A DNA stretch of 63,393 nt, filler included, from Octopus bimaculoides (taxonomy: Eukaryota), in NCBI RefSeq assembly GCF_001194135.2. It is 3 parts of 3 records of this genome, joined end to end, with 100 filler letters (N's around TTAATTAATTAA, not from the genome) between each part and the next. Parts side by side here need not be neighbours in the genome. Positions count along the whole stretch, not along the records: positions 1 to 21,193 come from NC_068986.1; 2 more parts are not named here. The stretch is one strand, 5' to 3'. The translations under genes and the position numbers were made by a program. Each line of letters starts with the position of its first letter. The stretch's first letter is position 1. Under the pieces are notes generated by a model. It saw only the letters and a program-made list of their open reading frames with translations, had not been told where the DNA came from and did no database searches. This document shows, one piece after another, positions 9,601 through 19,476 of the stretch.

Positions 9601-12600
9601 TCAAGTTGTTGGATCATGTAATGAAGGTCACGGAGAGGGTCATAGCCCAACTAATTAGGGAGAGAGTCAGTCTAGATGAGATGCAGTTTGGGTTCGTGCC
9701 TGGGAAAAGCACCACTGATGCTATATTTCTGTAAGACAGCTGCAGGAGAAATACCTAGCCAAAGATAAACCTCTGTACTTGGCTTTCATTGACATGGAGA
9801 AAGCCTTTGACAGGGTCTCCCGATCCCTTATCTGGTGGTCAATGAAGAAACTAGGGATAGATTAATGGTTAGTGAGAGCTGTGCAAGTCATGTACAGGGA
9901 CGCTATCAGTAAGGTGAGGGTTAGCAACGAGTACAGTGAAGAATTCCAGGTAGAGGTAGGGGTCCACCAAGGTTCAGTCCTCAGCCGCCTCCTATTTATC
10001 ATAGTCCTCCAGGCAACAAAACAGGAATTCAAGACAGGATGCCCCTGGGAGCTCCTTTATGCTGATGACCTTGCTCTAATTGCTGAGTCACTATCAGAAC
10101 TAGAGGAGAAGCTTCAAGTGTGGAAGCAAGGATTAGAATCGAAGGGCCTTAGAGTCAAACTAGCTAAAACCAACGTCCTAATAAGTAGGAAGGCAGACAA
10201 ACCACAAATCCCTTCAGTTAGATGGCCCTGCTCAATCTGTAGAAAAGGCATAGGTAGAAACTCTATAAGATGTACCTAGTGTAAGCTATGGACACATAAG
10301 AGGTGCAGCAATATCAAAGGAAGGCTAACTGGGAAGATAGTTTTTGTATGTGGCAGATGCTCAGGAACAATAAACACTGAAAATGTGCAGAGAACAACTT
10401 CTGCCACATTCCAGGGAGAAAAACTAGAAGTAGTTGATAGCTTCCGTTACCAAGGTGACCTAGTCAGTAGTGGGGCAGACTGTATGACGCTTGTGTACTA
10501 AAAGCCATGCTACATGGCAGTGAAACATGGGCTGTGACTGCTGAGGACATGCGTAAGCTCGCAAGGAATAAAGCCAGTATTCTCCACTGGATGTGTAATG
10601 TCAGTGTGCATACACAACAGAGTGTAAGTGCTTTGAGAGAAAAGTTGAACCTAAGAAGCATCAGTTGTGATGTGCAAGAGAGGCAATTGCGCTGGTATGG
10701 TCACATGGTGAGAATGGATGAGGATAGCTGTGTGAAAAAGTGCCACACCCTAGCAGTTGAGGGAACCTGTGGAAGAGGTAGGCCCAGGAAGACCTGGGCT
10801 GAGGTGGTGAAGCANNNNNNNNNNACCTTCGAACTTTAGGCCTCACCGAGGCAATGACTAGTGACCAAGACCTTTGGAAATATGCTGTGCATGAGAAGAC
10901 CCAGCAAGCCAAGTGAGACCATAACCCATGGCCTATTCCAGCAGGTGTAACCAGCCCATTTATGAATACCCCTCATTCATTGGACAATAAACCTTGCTTG
11001 TGAAGACCTATTGAGGCAAGTAAAATCAAAATTGCTGACGTGACCGATGACAGTACTGCCTGATTGGCACTTGTGCCATTGGAACGTTAAAAGCACATCT
11101 GAATGTGGGGTGTAACTGAGCCACTTATGAGTACCCCCCATTCACTGGGTAATGAACTTTGCTTGCGAAGACCTATTGAGGCAAGTGTAAACAAACCAAA
11201 ACATCACTGATGTAGCCAATGACAGTACCGCCTGATTGGCATTCGTGCCAGTGGAATGTTAAAAGCATATCCGAGCGTGACTGTTGCCAGGGCCACAGAT
11301 TGGCTCCCGTGCTGGTGACATGTGAAAAGCACCATTCAAGCATAATCGTAGCCAGCATCGCCTTACCAGCTCATGTGCCGGTGGCACGTGAAAGACAATG
11401 TTCGAGCGTGGTCATTGCCAGTGCCGCCAGACTGGCTTCCATGTTGGTAGCATGTAAAAACACCTTTTGAGCGTGGTCATTGCCAGAACCGCCTGACTGG
11501 CCCTCGTGCCAGTGGCATGTAAAAAGCACCCACTACACTCTTGGAGTGGTTGGCGTTAGGAAGGGCATCCAGCTGTAGAAACTCTGCCAGATCAGATTGG
11601 AGTCTGGNNNNNNNNNNNNNNNNNNNNNNNNNNNNNNNNNNNNNNNNNNNNNNNNNNNNNNNNNNNNNNNNNNNNNNNNNNNNNNNNNNNNNNNNNNNNN
11701 NNNNNNNNNNNNNNNNNNNNNNNNNNNNNNNNNNNNNNNNNNNNNNNNNNNNNNNNNNNNNNNNNNNNNNNNNNNNNNNNNNNNNNNNNNNNNNNNNNNN
11801 NNNNNNNNNNNNNNNNNNNNNNNNNNNNNNNNNNNNNNNNNNNNNNNNNNNNNNNNNNNNNNNNNNNNNNNNNNNNNNNNNNNNNNNNNNNNNNNNNNNN
11901 NNNNNNNNNNNNNNNNNNNNNNNNNNNNNNNNNNNNNNNNNNNNNNNNNNNNNNNNNNNNNNNNNNNNNNNNNNNNNNNNNNNATATCGTGAACTCCTCA
12001 GTATATTCGGGTTTCTGTGGCCAATGGATATTTTTTTTTAGATTTTAATTATTTCTGTGCGAGGTTTTGGAATGTAGCACCCGCAATAGTCAATGGATTA
12101 TATATATATATATATATATATAACATCTTCATCATCATCATCATCGTTTAACGTCTGCTTTCCATGCTGGCATGGGTTGGACGATTTGTCTGAGGACTGG
12201 CGAACCAGATGGCTGCACCAGGCTCCAATCTGATCTGGCAGAGTTTCTACAGCTGGATGCCCTTCCTAACGCCAACCACTCTGAGAGTGTAGTGGGTGCT
12301 TTTACGCGTCACTGGTACGAGGGCCAGTCAGGCAGTACAGCAATATACCTATATATAGTTTCAAAATTAATGAATAGAGTAACAATAAGAAAGAGAGAGT
12401 GAAGACAAAAATAATTTACTCGTTTAACATGCAATGAAACATTAAGAAATTAGAAGTCTGTTTGATGTTTTAAACTGAATCTCTTGTTTGGAAAGTTAAA
12501 TAGAAGGAAAAGTGTAGCGGAATGAAGAGAAAATCAGAAATAACATAGAAATGTGTAATGAACTGAATAAGTTCTGACTGAAAATAATAGGGACATGAAG

Positions 12601-14569
12601 TGCTCCATATTTCAAGAGAGTGTACTTGAGAAAATCAAGGTATTGTTACAGTAGAAATGTATACAGAATAATAATGACACACTTGCTGTCACTGATCTTG
12701 ATAAGAAAGAGGCATGAAAGGGCTTTTATGAGAGCCAGGGGTGGGGTGAAGAATGCATGAAGTAGGGATGAGGACAGTCACTTGAATAGTAAATTAGGAG
12801 TGACAGGAAAGTGTCATATCTAAAAGCAGGCACTGTACTACCATTGTAAGGTGGGACAAGATCAAAAGAGATTAAGTATAGATTGTCAGACCAGGTTATG
12901 AGGATTACAGAAAGGGTTATTGCAAAACTGATTAGGGACAAGATTAGTTTAAATGCGATGCAGTTTGGTTTTATTGCAGGAAGAGGCAAATCTTTGCAAA
13001 TATTCTCCATTCAAGGCCTCTGTCTCACTACCGTACAACCTCACAGTCTGGACACAAGGATCAGAAACCCTTTGTTGCAATCAAAGGTAATAGTTGCTTG
13101 AACTTTTCCAACTTGTTCTTGCTCTAGTTGCTATACTTTCAGAATACCCAACTCAACTCAGTAATAAAAGTCATCAACAACAACCAGACAATCCCCAAAA
13201 TTAGTCGATAGGTATTTATGAAGTCTGCCTTCTTCATTAATCTTGTTGTAACTCCACTTTGAAACTTCTACAATCATAGTTTACACTGGGTAAACTCTGT
13301 AGAATTTCTACCTTCCTTTTTGCATACTGAGCACAACCATTACCCTGATGGCAGCTGTCTTCTTTCTTCTTTCTTTTGAAGTCTCTCAATTCCAAGTTTT
13401 GCTGCCATGTTTGGAATTTCTGTAAACCTACTACAGATTCAGCATGAAGGTGCTATCATGGACAAGCAGTCTTAAACTCCTTTGTTAAAGCCTGAAGACT
13501 GTAATAAACAGGTAGGAGTTAAGAACTGAGCCCTGGTCATCCTCTGCATGCCATTCAAACTTGCCAATGCTAACAGTCTATTTGTTCACTGCAAATGTTC
13601 AATGGCCCACACAAACCATTCACCTAATCCGAGTTTCTTTAGCAACTACCAGATTATAGTGTGGAACCTGGTCAAAGATCTTCGGGTCAATAAATGCTAG
13701 ACAGCAGTAACTGTTTAAGTTCTTCTGTGGTTGTCTCAGTAGAAACAGGACATTGATAGTATCTCGTCTTGGTGCATAACCAATTTTTTTCAATCTATAT
13801 TTTGGTCAATTCTCTTCTTAATCAGCAACTTCCTTGATTTGTTCTCTCCAGTTGATGCCACTAATCTTCCTTGCTCTTTTAACAGTTGATGATGATGATG
13901 GTGGTGACGCTACTATACTAATCATTGATCGACAGGAACTCGACCTACCTCGTCAGATATTTTAAACAACTCATTGGCAATATCTGACAATCCAGTTACC
14001 TTCATATTCTCAATTTCTCCATCTATCAAGTTGCTGTCAACTCAGTTATTGATCCTTCTGTTGTATCTACTAGGAGGTAGTCCCACCCCTCCTCTTTCTC
14101 TCTCTCTCTCTTTTGCTATCATTCCAAATACATTTCTCAATATTGTCTTTCAATTTGCCCTACTACATTGCAGTCTGGAACCCCTCACACCATTTATTCT
14201 CATATTACAAACTATGTAGGAACTTCTTACTGATTTTTTTCTCCTCTTGTTAACAATAACTAATGTCTTTCCTCTTCTGTTTACTTGATATTGATTTCTG
14301 TTACCCCTTTACTTCCTTACAGCAAATTTTTAGGGCTCAAACTACAGCACTGGTCCACCACCACCACATCACTGAATGTTTATATGTGTGTGCATGCATG
14401 TGTGTGTGCATGTATGAGTGTGTGTATGTATGTGTATGTGTGTATGCTTTAAAAATTGAAAAATTAAAATACCAGTTTTATGACCACTTTTAGCTATTTT
14501 AATGATTCCTTGATATTAAATATTTTAATATTTTACCTCCATAATTAACTGGCTTGGAACATTTTGCAT
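713..14569 (-). CDS. ERICH2: ERICH2-like (glutamate-rich protein 2) gene, spliced CDS join(14569-14537,2041-1984,1242-1171,903-713), 117 aa
   Basis: Four exons with canonical AG/GT and consistent phases (0,1,1) total 354 nt. Translation: MQNVPSQLIMEFVGCLMNHDYQNALKLCQMILIYNPSHNDALQFEPLLKEMTQKGESENSSNTSSEGSSCSSSSNSDEEDDDDDDEEEDEDDDDDDDNCENSNNNKVQTGSKNSTKT*. The core KLCQMILIY, the preceding P..L..EF and the acidic tail match vertebrate ERICH2 as I recall it. Not verified by search. Confidence 0.85.
1171..1242 (-). CDS. ERICH2: ERICH2-like coding exon 3 (ILIYNPSHNDALQFEPLLKEMTQK-G)
   Basis: Acceptor ttttattttcttatcag|, donor AAAG|gtatgt, 72 nt, phase 1-1, open. Confidence 0.9.
1945..1990. repeat. 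3.3 copies of a 14-bp tandem repeat spanning the exon 2 donor
   Basis: tttgtacttactca x3 + tttg on the plus strand; on the minus strand CAAATGA|GTAAGTA occurs three times. Confidence 0.95.
1984..2041 (-). CDS. ERICH2: ERICH2-like coding exon 2 (FVGCLMNHDYQNALKLCQM-I)
   Basis: Acceptor cgtttttctag|, donor ATGA|gtaagt, 58 nt, phase 0-1. Confidence 0.9.
3690..4334 (+). mobile_element. Decayed LTR-retrotransposon pol fragment (RT end, RNase H, start of integrase), probably Ty3/Gypsy-type
   Basis: One frame reads CSFIKRQAEGVRWSDNVGEK...WCDASSIA...HINVAELSVVLKG...GTDLATV...ERRV*TKGGAEMLIK...ERNREDILTRVKKAWM*...LRRLH. It shows RNase H D/E/D/D motifs and in-frame stops at 4107-4109 and 4260-4262. 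Confidence 0.8.
4335..4368 (+). promoter_or_regulatory. Inr + DPE core-promoter arrangement
   Basis: TCAGTC at 4335-4340 (A4337 = +1), G at +24 (4360) and GGACA at +28 to +32 (4364-4368). This is the exact spacing of Inr/DPE promoters. A strong donor CAG|GTAAGA follows at 4472/4473. Confidence 0.5.
4566..6453 (-). mobile_element. Non-autonomous Helitron (internal deletion derivative) with both termini
   Basis: 5' end A|TCTTATCTATAAAAGG at 6453. 3' end has a GCCCAG-7nt-CTGGGC hairpin (4577-4595) then CTAG|T at 4566. It is inserted in an A|T target with no TSD. It retains the RepHel N-terminus from ATG 5666 (MPLKKRSHLS...AFKYEPNFNYSICADINIGKIHFNCQFCNAKK). Confidence 0.88.
4963..5666 (-). pseudogene. 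Helitron RepHel N-terminal remnant with five 23-aa STPR-like repeats and a CxxC motif
   Basis: Removing a 17-bp tandem duplication (about 5559-5596) restores one frame: ESSDQTPFRLSQSALCSAECRTA / ESFQQHTVLLAKMASYNAASRAT / EGLE*RATHLARNTAANAASRVS / EDQEQRAT*LATNAAATAASRSS / ECLEQQTTCLARNVVAMSVSMAS. Confidence 0.8.
6485..7050 (+). mobile_element. Tc1-like transposase remnant (paired HTH region to first catalytic Asp) with a 74-nt spliceosomal intron
   Basis: ATG 6485: MPKIRELSECERGQIV...RTVRRRLVEYGLKGCKARKKP*...QWSKVIWSDESNYE, with three in-frame stops. It continues GAG|gtaaaa (6962) ... ctaat...tttgtcatag| (7035). Truncated soon after. Confidence 0.85.
8010..11607 (+). mobile_element. RTE-clade LINE: AP endonuclease, reverse transcriptase, PHD-type finger and repeat-rich 3' UTR; disrupted
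   Basis: Endonuclease motifs CCLQEVRW, AGDFNGHVG, QIDYIF, PQHRLVV. RT motifs QFGFVPG, GVHQGSVLS, LLYADDL. C-terminus RWYGHMVRM...GRGRPRKTW. Several stops and frameshifts; both ends run into N gaps. Confidence 0.93.
10946..11535 (+). repeat. Tandem arrays in the RTE 3' UTR (about 160-bp duplication, then about 4-5 units of about 60 bp)
   Basis: About 10946-11100 repeats at about 11107-11270. Units of the form GAGCGTGGTCATTGCCAG..CGCCTGACTGGCCCTCGTGCCAGTGGCATGTAAAAAGCACC follow. Confidence 0.8.
12124..12343 (-). mobile_element. RTE 3'-tail copy (5'-truncated LINE or partner SINE)
   Basis: Reverse complement of the 11480-11607 sequence, continuing to CCAACCCATGCCAGCATGGAAAGCAGACGTTAAAC(GAT)n. 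Confidence 0.88.
12780..12988 (+). mobile_element. Old RTE RT fragment
   Basis: DQVMRITERVIAKLIRDKISLNAMQFGFIAGRG, homologous to the translation at about 9610-9705. Confidence 0.75.
12990..13900 (-). mobile_element. Highly decayed RTE RT fragment
   Basis: Minus-strand frames give IGYAPRRDTINVLFLLRQPQKN, GSVLNSYLFITV and CVQTVRLYGSETEAL, colinear with the RTE at about 9600-10560. Confidence 0.65.
14537..14569 (-). CDS. ERICH2: ERICH2-like first coding segment (MQNVPSQLIME) within exon 14616-14537
   Basis: Acceptor tgtgtatttcag| at 14617, donor GAG|gtaaaa at 14536. ATG context acaaacATG. An in-frame TGA lies upstream at 14599-14597. Confidence 0.75.
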
Positions 14570-14755
14570 GTTTGTCTTTGGTGAACAGTTAACTTTTCAA
14601 AGTTTGTGTAAGACTCCTGAAATACACAGATTTAGGAAAAATATTAAACTATTGGTGACAATAGAATGTGTCCAGCAAATGAAACTTTAGCAATATTTAT
14701 GAATGTGATTGTATGAATTGCAGTGAAATTGTGTCCTCTGTTAAATGAAGCCAGG

Positions 14756-14864
14756 ATCATCATCATCATCATCATCATCATCATCGTTTAACGTCCGCTT
14801 TCCATGCTAGCATGGGTTAGATGATTTGACTGAGGACTGGTGAATCAGATGGCTATACCAGGCT
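14756..14864 (-). mobile_element. Short RTE 3'-tail copy
   Basis: (CAT)n-CGTTTAACGTCCGCTTTCCATGCTAGCATGGGTT... same family as 12124-12343. Confidence 0.85.
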
Positions 14865-15740
14865 ATGGGTATTAATAAACAAATTCAAAGACCTTAAAAA
14901 AGGGAGTTAAAACAATAAACATCAATTGTTTTCTAATGATTGTCATAACTAAATACAATAGGAAATACTTCAACAAAATTATGTAAAAGAATATTTTATT
15001 GATCAAGATGCAAGTGTAAGGGCAGGACAATTTCTCAGTAGAAACAACGATAAAATAGAAAAGTTAGATGATAACATAGGGCAATCCATAAATATAAGCA
15101 AATACAGAAATGTCAAGTATTTTCTTCTTATTTGAATATCTTCAATGTTAAGACTGGAAACATTGAATTTTGAAGTGACATACACAGGATGTTTATGCTC
15201 GCAAAATACAAGACAGAGTTCATATGGAAATTTTCCACATCATAAAATTGTCTTGTTTCATTCTGCTTCAATCAGTTATTGAACTCATTCTTTTACAAGT
15301 TTTTTTCATTATCTCAGGAAAATGGGTTTGGAAGGGCTTATTCTGATGTTTTAGGAATTCCAATTTATCACTCCCTTTAACATCAACACATGGTCCTTAG
15401 CTATTTTTAATAGAGTCCACTCTATTCATTGGGATCAAGTCTCTGAGATGTGGATAACCTATGAATTGTGGTTTCTTCCTCTCTTTCTATCTATCAATCT
15501 TGGGTGCCTGATAAGAAATTATGCTGTTCTTCTTCCTTCAACTGAGTTGTAAATATAAACTTTAAAATGTTTTGTGTCTCAGTGTTCTGAGATCAAATTT
15601 TGTCAGTGTCGATGTTATAGATGAATACTGAAAATAGATATATTACAATACTTAAATACAAAACAAAAGGATGATTGAATGCCAAGCATCCATTTCCAAG
15701 TAAGTTTTATCTGTCTGTTGTCTGTCTATCTCTCTCTCTC

Positions 15741-15792
<52 letters not shown>

Positions 15793-16494
15793 NNNNNNNN
15801 NNNNNNNNNNNNNNNNNNNNNNNNNNNNNNNNNNNNNNNNNNNNNNNNNNNNNNNNNNNNNNNNNNNNNNNNNNNNNNNNNNNNNNNNNNNNNNNNNNNN
15901 NNNNNNNNNNNNNNNNNNNNNNNNNNNNNNNNNNNNNNNNNNNNNNNNNNNNNNNNNNNNNNNNNNNNNNNNNNNNNNNNNNNNNNNNNNNNNNNNNNNN
16001 NNNNNNNNNNNNNNNNNNNNNNNNNNNNNNNNNNNNNNNNNNNNNNNNNNNNNNNNNNNNNNNNNNNNNNNNNNNNNNNNNNNNNNNNNNNNNNNNNNNN
16101 NNNNNNNNNNNNNNNNNNNNNNNNNNNNNNNNNNNNNNNNNNNNNNNNNNNNNNNNNNNNNNNNNNNNNNNNNNNNNNNNNNNNNNNNNNNNNNNNNNNN
16201 NNNNNNNNNNNNNNNNNNNNNNNNNNNNNNNNNNNNNNNNNNNNNNNNNNNNNNNNNNNNNNNNNNNNNNNNNNNNNNNNNNNNNNNNNNNNNNNNNNNN
16301 NNNNNNNNNNNNNNNNNNNNNNNNNNNNNNNNNNNNNNNNNNNNNNNNNNNNNNNNNNNNNNNNNNNNNNNNNNNNNNNNNNNNNNNNNNNNNNNNNNNN
16401 NNNNNNNNNNNNNNNNNNNNNNNNNNNNNNNNNNNNNNNNNNNNNNNNNNNNNNNNNNNNNNNNNNNNNNNNNNNNNNNNNNNNGGCACATAAA

Positions 16495-16742
16495 AGACAC
16501 CATTTCGAGCGTGGCCGTTGCCAGTATCGCCTGACTGGCCTTCGTGCAGGTGACACGTAAAAGCACCTACTACACTCTCTGAGTGGTTGGCGTTAGGAAG
16601 GGCATCCAGCTGTAGAAACTCTGCCAAATTTAGATTGGAGCCTGGTGTTGCCATCCGGTTTCACCAGTCCTCAGTCAAATCGTCCAACCCATGCTAGCAT
16701 GGAAAGCGGACGTTAAACAATGATGATGATGATGATGATGAT
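16495..16742 (+). mobile_element. RTE 3'-tail copy with (GAT)n tail
   Basis: ...GAGTGGTTGGCGTTAGGAAGGGCATCCAGCTGTAGAAACTCTGCC...CATGCTAGCATGGAAAGCGGACGTTAAAC AATGATGATG. Confidence 0.88.
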
Positions 16743-17035
16743 AAGTTAATGCAAAAAATACCGTGTTAATTGACTATCACACACACACACAAACACATAT
16801 ATAAGTTGAAATTCACAGAAAAGCAAAAGACGAATGGAGGTGGATTAGTTTGACACTCAGGAAAGTGTATATACATATATACACATGAAGACATTTGTAT
16901 GGACATACAAAAACTGAAAGCAAACACTTATGTACAAACATATAGATATTCACAGATACTAACAGATAAATTATTTATACATCAAGCCTAATCGTACTTA
17001 TTTGCATTGTTATAAGCTCACCTGGATATATATAT

Positions 17036-17091
<56 letters not shown>

Positions 17092-17675
17092 NNNNNNNNN
17101 NNNNNNNNNNNNNNNNNNNNNNNNNNNNNNNNNNNNNNNNNNNNNNNNNNNNNNNNNNNNNNNNNNNNNNTATATATAAATGGAACAAAAACGTAACAGA
17201 GGGCATTAAAACGTTTGGACAGATAGATGACACAAAGGCCGACAAGAGAAACAACAATTAGAAGGACAGGTCATTCTTGGCTTTCTTTCTTCAGTGAAGT
17301 ACCAGAAGTCACGACGATTTAGGACAGTTACACTTGAGATGGTTCGATCTGGTTGTCCCCCAAAAAGTCTAAGCTAAGAGCATTAGACCCCTTTGTAAGA
17401 AGGTTAGCGAATGTGTACGGCAACAAAGACAAAAAAACAGAGAACATGGTACAGAATTACGAATACAAACAACAGGCGTCTTTCGACTGAGAACGATTCA
17501 AACCTTTGTCTATGGAGTGAAAGCCTAAAGGCAGGAATATGGGAGATGGACACAAGACGTGTTGACGATCGGCAGTCAGGCCAAGAAAGAAAGATCATGG
17601 CTGGATGGACACTGGTCACGTGTGTATGTATGTGTGTGCATATATGCATATATATGTATGTATGTATGTATGTGC

Positions 17676-17743
<68 letters not shown>

Positions 17744-18464
17744 AGGTTTGGAGATATATATATATATATATATATATATACGTAGCAACTGAAGTGACAT
17801 GCCATATCAGGTCGATGTGATGTAGCCCTCTACCAAATGTAGTGTGTATATGTAATGCTTGAAAGTTCTCACCTCGGGGTAACTAGTAAACATCGAAGAT
17901 TCAACACCAAGAAGGAAGAAATATCATTTACNNNNNNNNNNNNNNNNNNNNNNNNNNNNNNNNNNNNNNNNNNNNNNNNNNNNNNNNNNNNNNNNNNNNN
18001 NNNNNNNNNNNNNNNNNNNNNNNNNNNNNNNNNNNNNNNNNNNNNNNNNNNNNNNNNNNNNNNNNNNNNNNNNNNNNNNNNNNNNNNNNNNNNNNNNNNN
18101 NNNNNNNNNNNNNNNNNNNNNNNNNNNNNNNNNNNNNNNNNNNNNNNNNNNNNNNNNNNNNNNNNNNNNNNNNNNNNNNNNNNNNNNNNNNNNNNNNNNN
18201 NNNNNNNNNNNNNNNNNNNNNNNNNNNNNCAACAAGGTTGGCTCGCTGGTTAGTAGTTGATAGTGCAGAAAAAGGTTGTCTGTCAGTAGAATAAGGAACG
18301 CATGGTGCTGACTAGAAAGGAAGAAAGAATAAAGGTGGCATCATCTTTCTTGCGTCCGGAAGCTTCTCTTCATATTCTGAGCGAAGGGCAAAGGGAAAGT
18401 GCTGCTCTTGGTCATGGTTGATGCAAAAGAGGACAAGATAGGAAATTCTCTCTGTTATAGAGAC

Positions 18465-19476
18465 TGTAGTGAAACCTCTCTCTCAGGTATTTATTTACGA
18501 ATGATAACGTAGCGGCTAACATCTAGCTTTCGGCCCACTTGGACTGCTGTGTCCATCACCCTGATTGGCTCTTATTTGCGCGGCATTTATCTCCAGTTCT
18601 GTTTCGCGCCAGGGTGCATACCGACCAATCGTGGCCTTCTAATAAGGTCACGTGAGAAGAGTGTTTCTTGCTGTTTCTGGAGCCTCCTCTTTATCTATAA
18701 ATAGCCCTGCTTCATCTACACCAGTTTGTCTCGACTTTAGACCTCTCACAGGTCTAGTCGTAGACCACACACAGAACACAGCTCCAGCCAGTTTCCAGCG
18801 ACGACGTCAACACCACCGATCTACTGTCTACTACTGTTCCGTCGCCAGCACCAACACCACCACCAGACTACACGCTACCCACAGCAACCGCAGTTCCATC
18901 TCAACACTGTTTGTGTGGATTGTTTCCCCCTCGAAAATAACAGCCAGAACAACCTGCGAGAATCTTCTGTACAAAGTAACAGGTCGCAGTATCAACACTC
19001 AACTTCACACACAACATGTGACACCTCAGCTCTGCTATTCGGCCATGACCTCTTGTGTATAGACATTCTACCTACCGTGTAACTCTTCTATGAACTGGTA
19101 CTTTCTTATCTTTGTGTTCAGGACTCTTATAGTCTGTTACAGACTCTTATTCCATGCTCTGCATTTCTCATTCACACTCACACACATTTATGTATATATA
19201 CTATTCTTTATACGACGGTCCGTCACACATATTGTATTACTTATATTGCCGCATGCACGCGCACACAGACACACAGTTGTCTACCCTAATAAAATTTACT
19301 CTCTATATATATCTAACGGTTGTGCATCTCTCATTCCTTTGCTGGCACTTACTTGCATCTCACATGCGAGCCCTCTTATGTTATATTACATGTTTTGTGT
19401 CGACCGTGCGACACGTTAAAAGGAGCCTTCTCTCGTTCATCGCCATCTCCTTTGGTTCGCACGGTCATTCTCTACA
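18465..19476 (+). mobile_element. Intact solo LTR (1012 bp) with a 4-bp TSD
   Basis: Termini TGTAGTGAA...TTCTCTACA (8/9 inverted match). AGAC flanks both sides (18461-18464, 19477-19480). ATTGG 18564, CCAAT 18625, CACGTG 18649, TATAAATA 18696, AATAAA 19288. Confidence 0.9.

Noticed and set aside
11270-11535. CRISPR-like regular repeats
   Set aside because: Head-to-tail degenerate units without unique spacers, inside a LINE 3' UTR in eukaryotic DNA.
11481-11560. HDV-like ribozyme topology in the RTE 3' UTR (CCTGAC/GTTAGG as P2, TGG-CCCTCGTG-CCA as P3/L3)
   Set aside because: P1 has only 5 pairs and lacks the G at position 1. J4/2 lacks the C-N-A motif. HDV-like ribozymes of RTE elements are known from 5' ends. 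A covariance-model search would settle it.
12780-13900. Apparent internal inversion of a single RTE copy
   Set aside because: The plus and minus fragments both cover the QFGF region with different sequences, so they are two separate old insertions.
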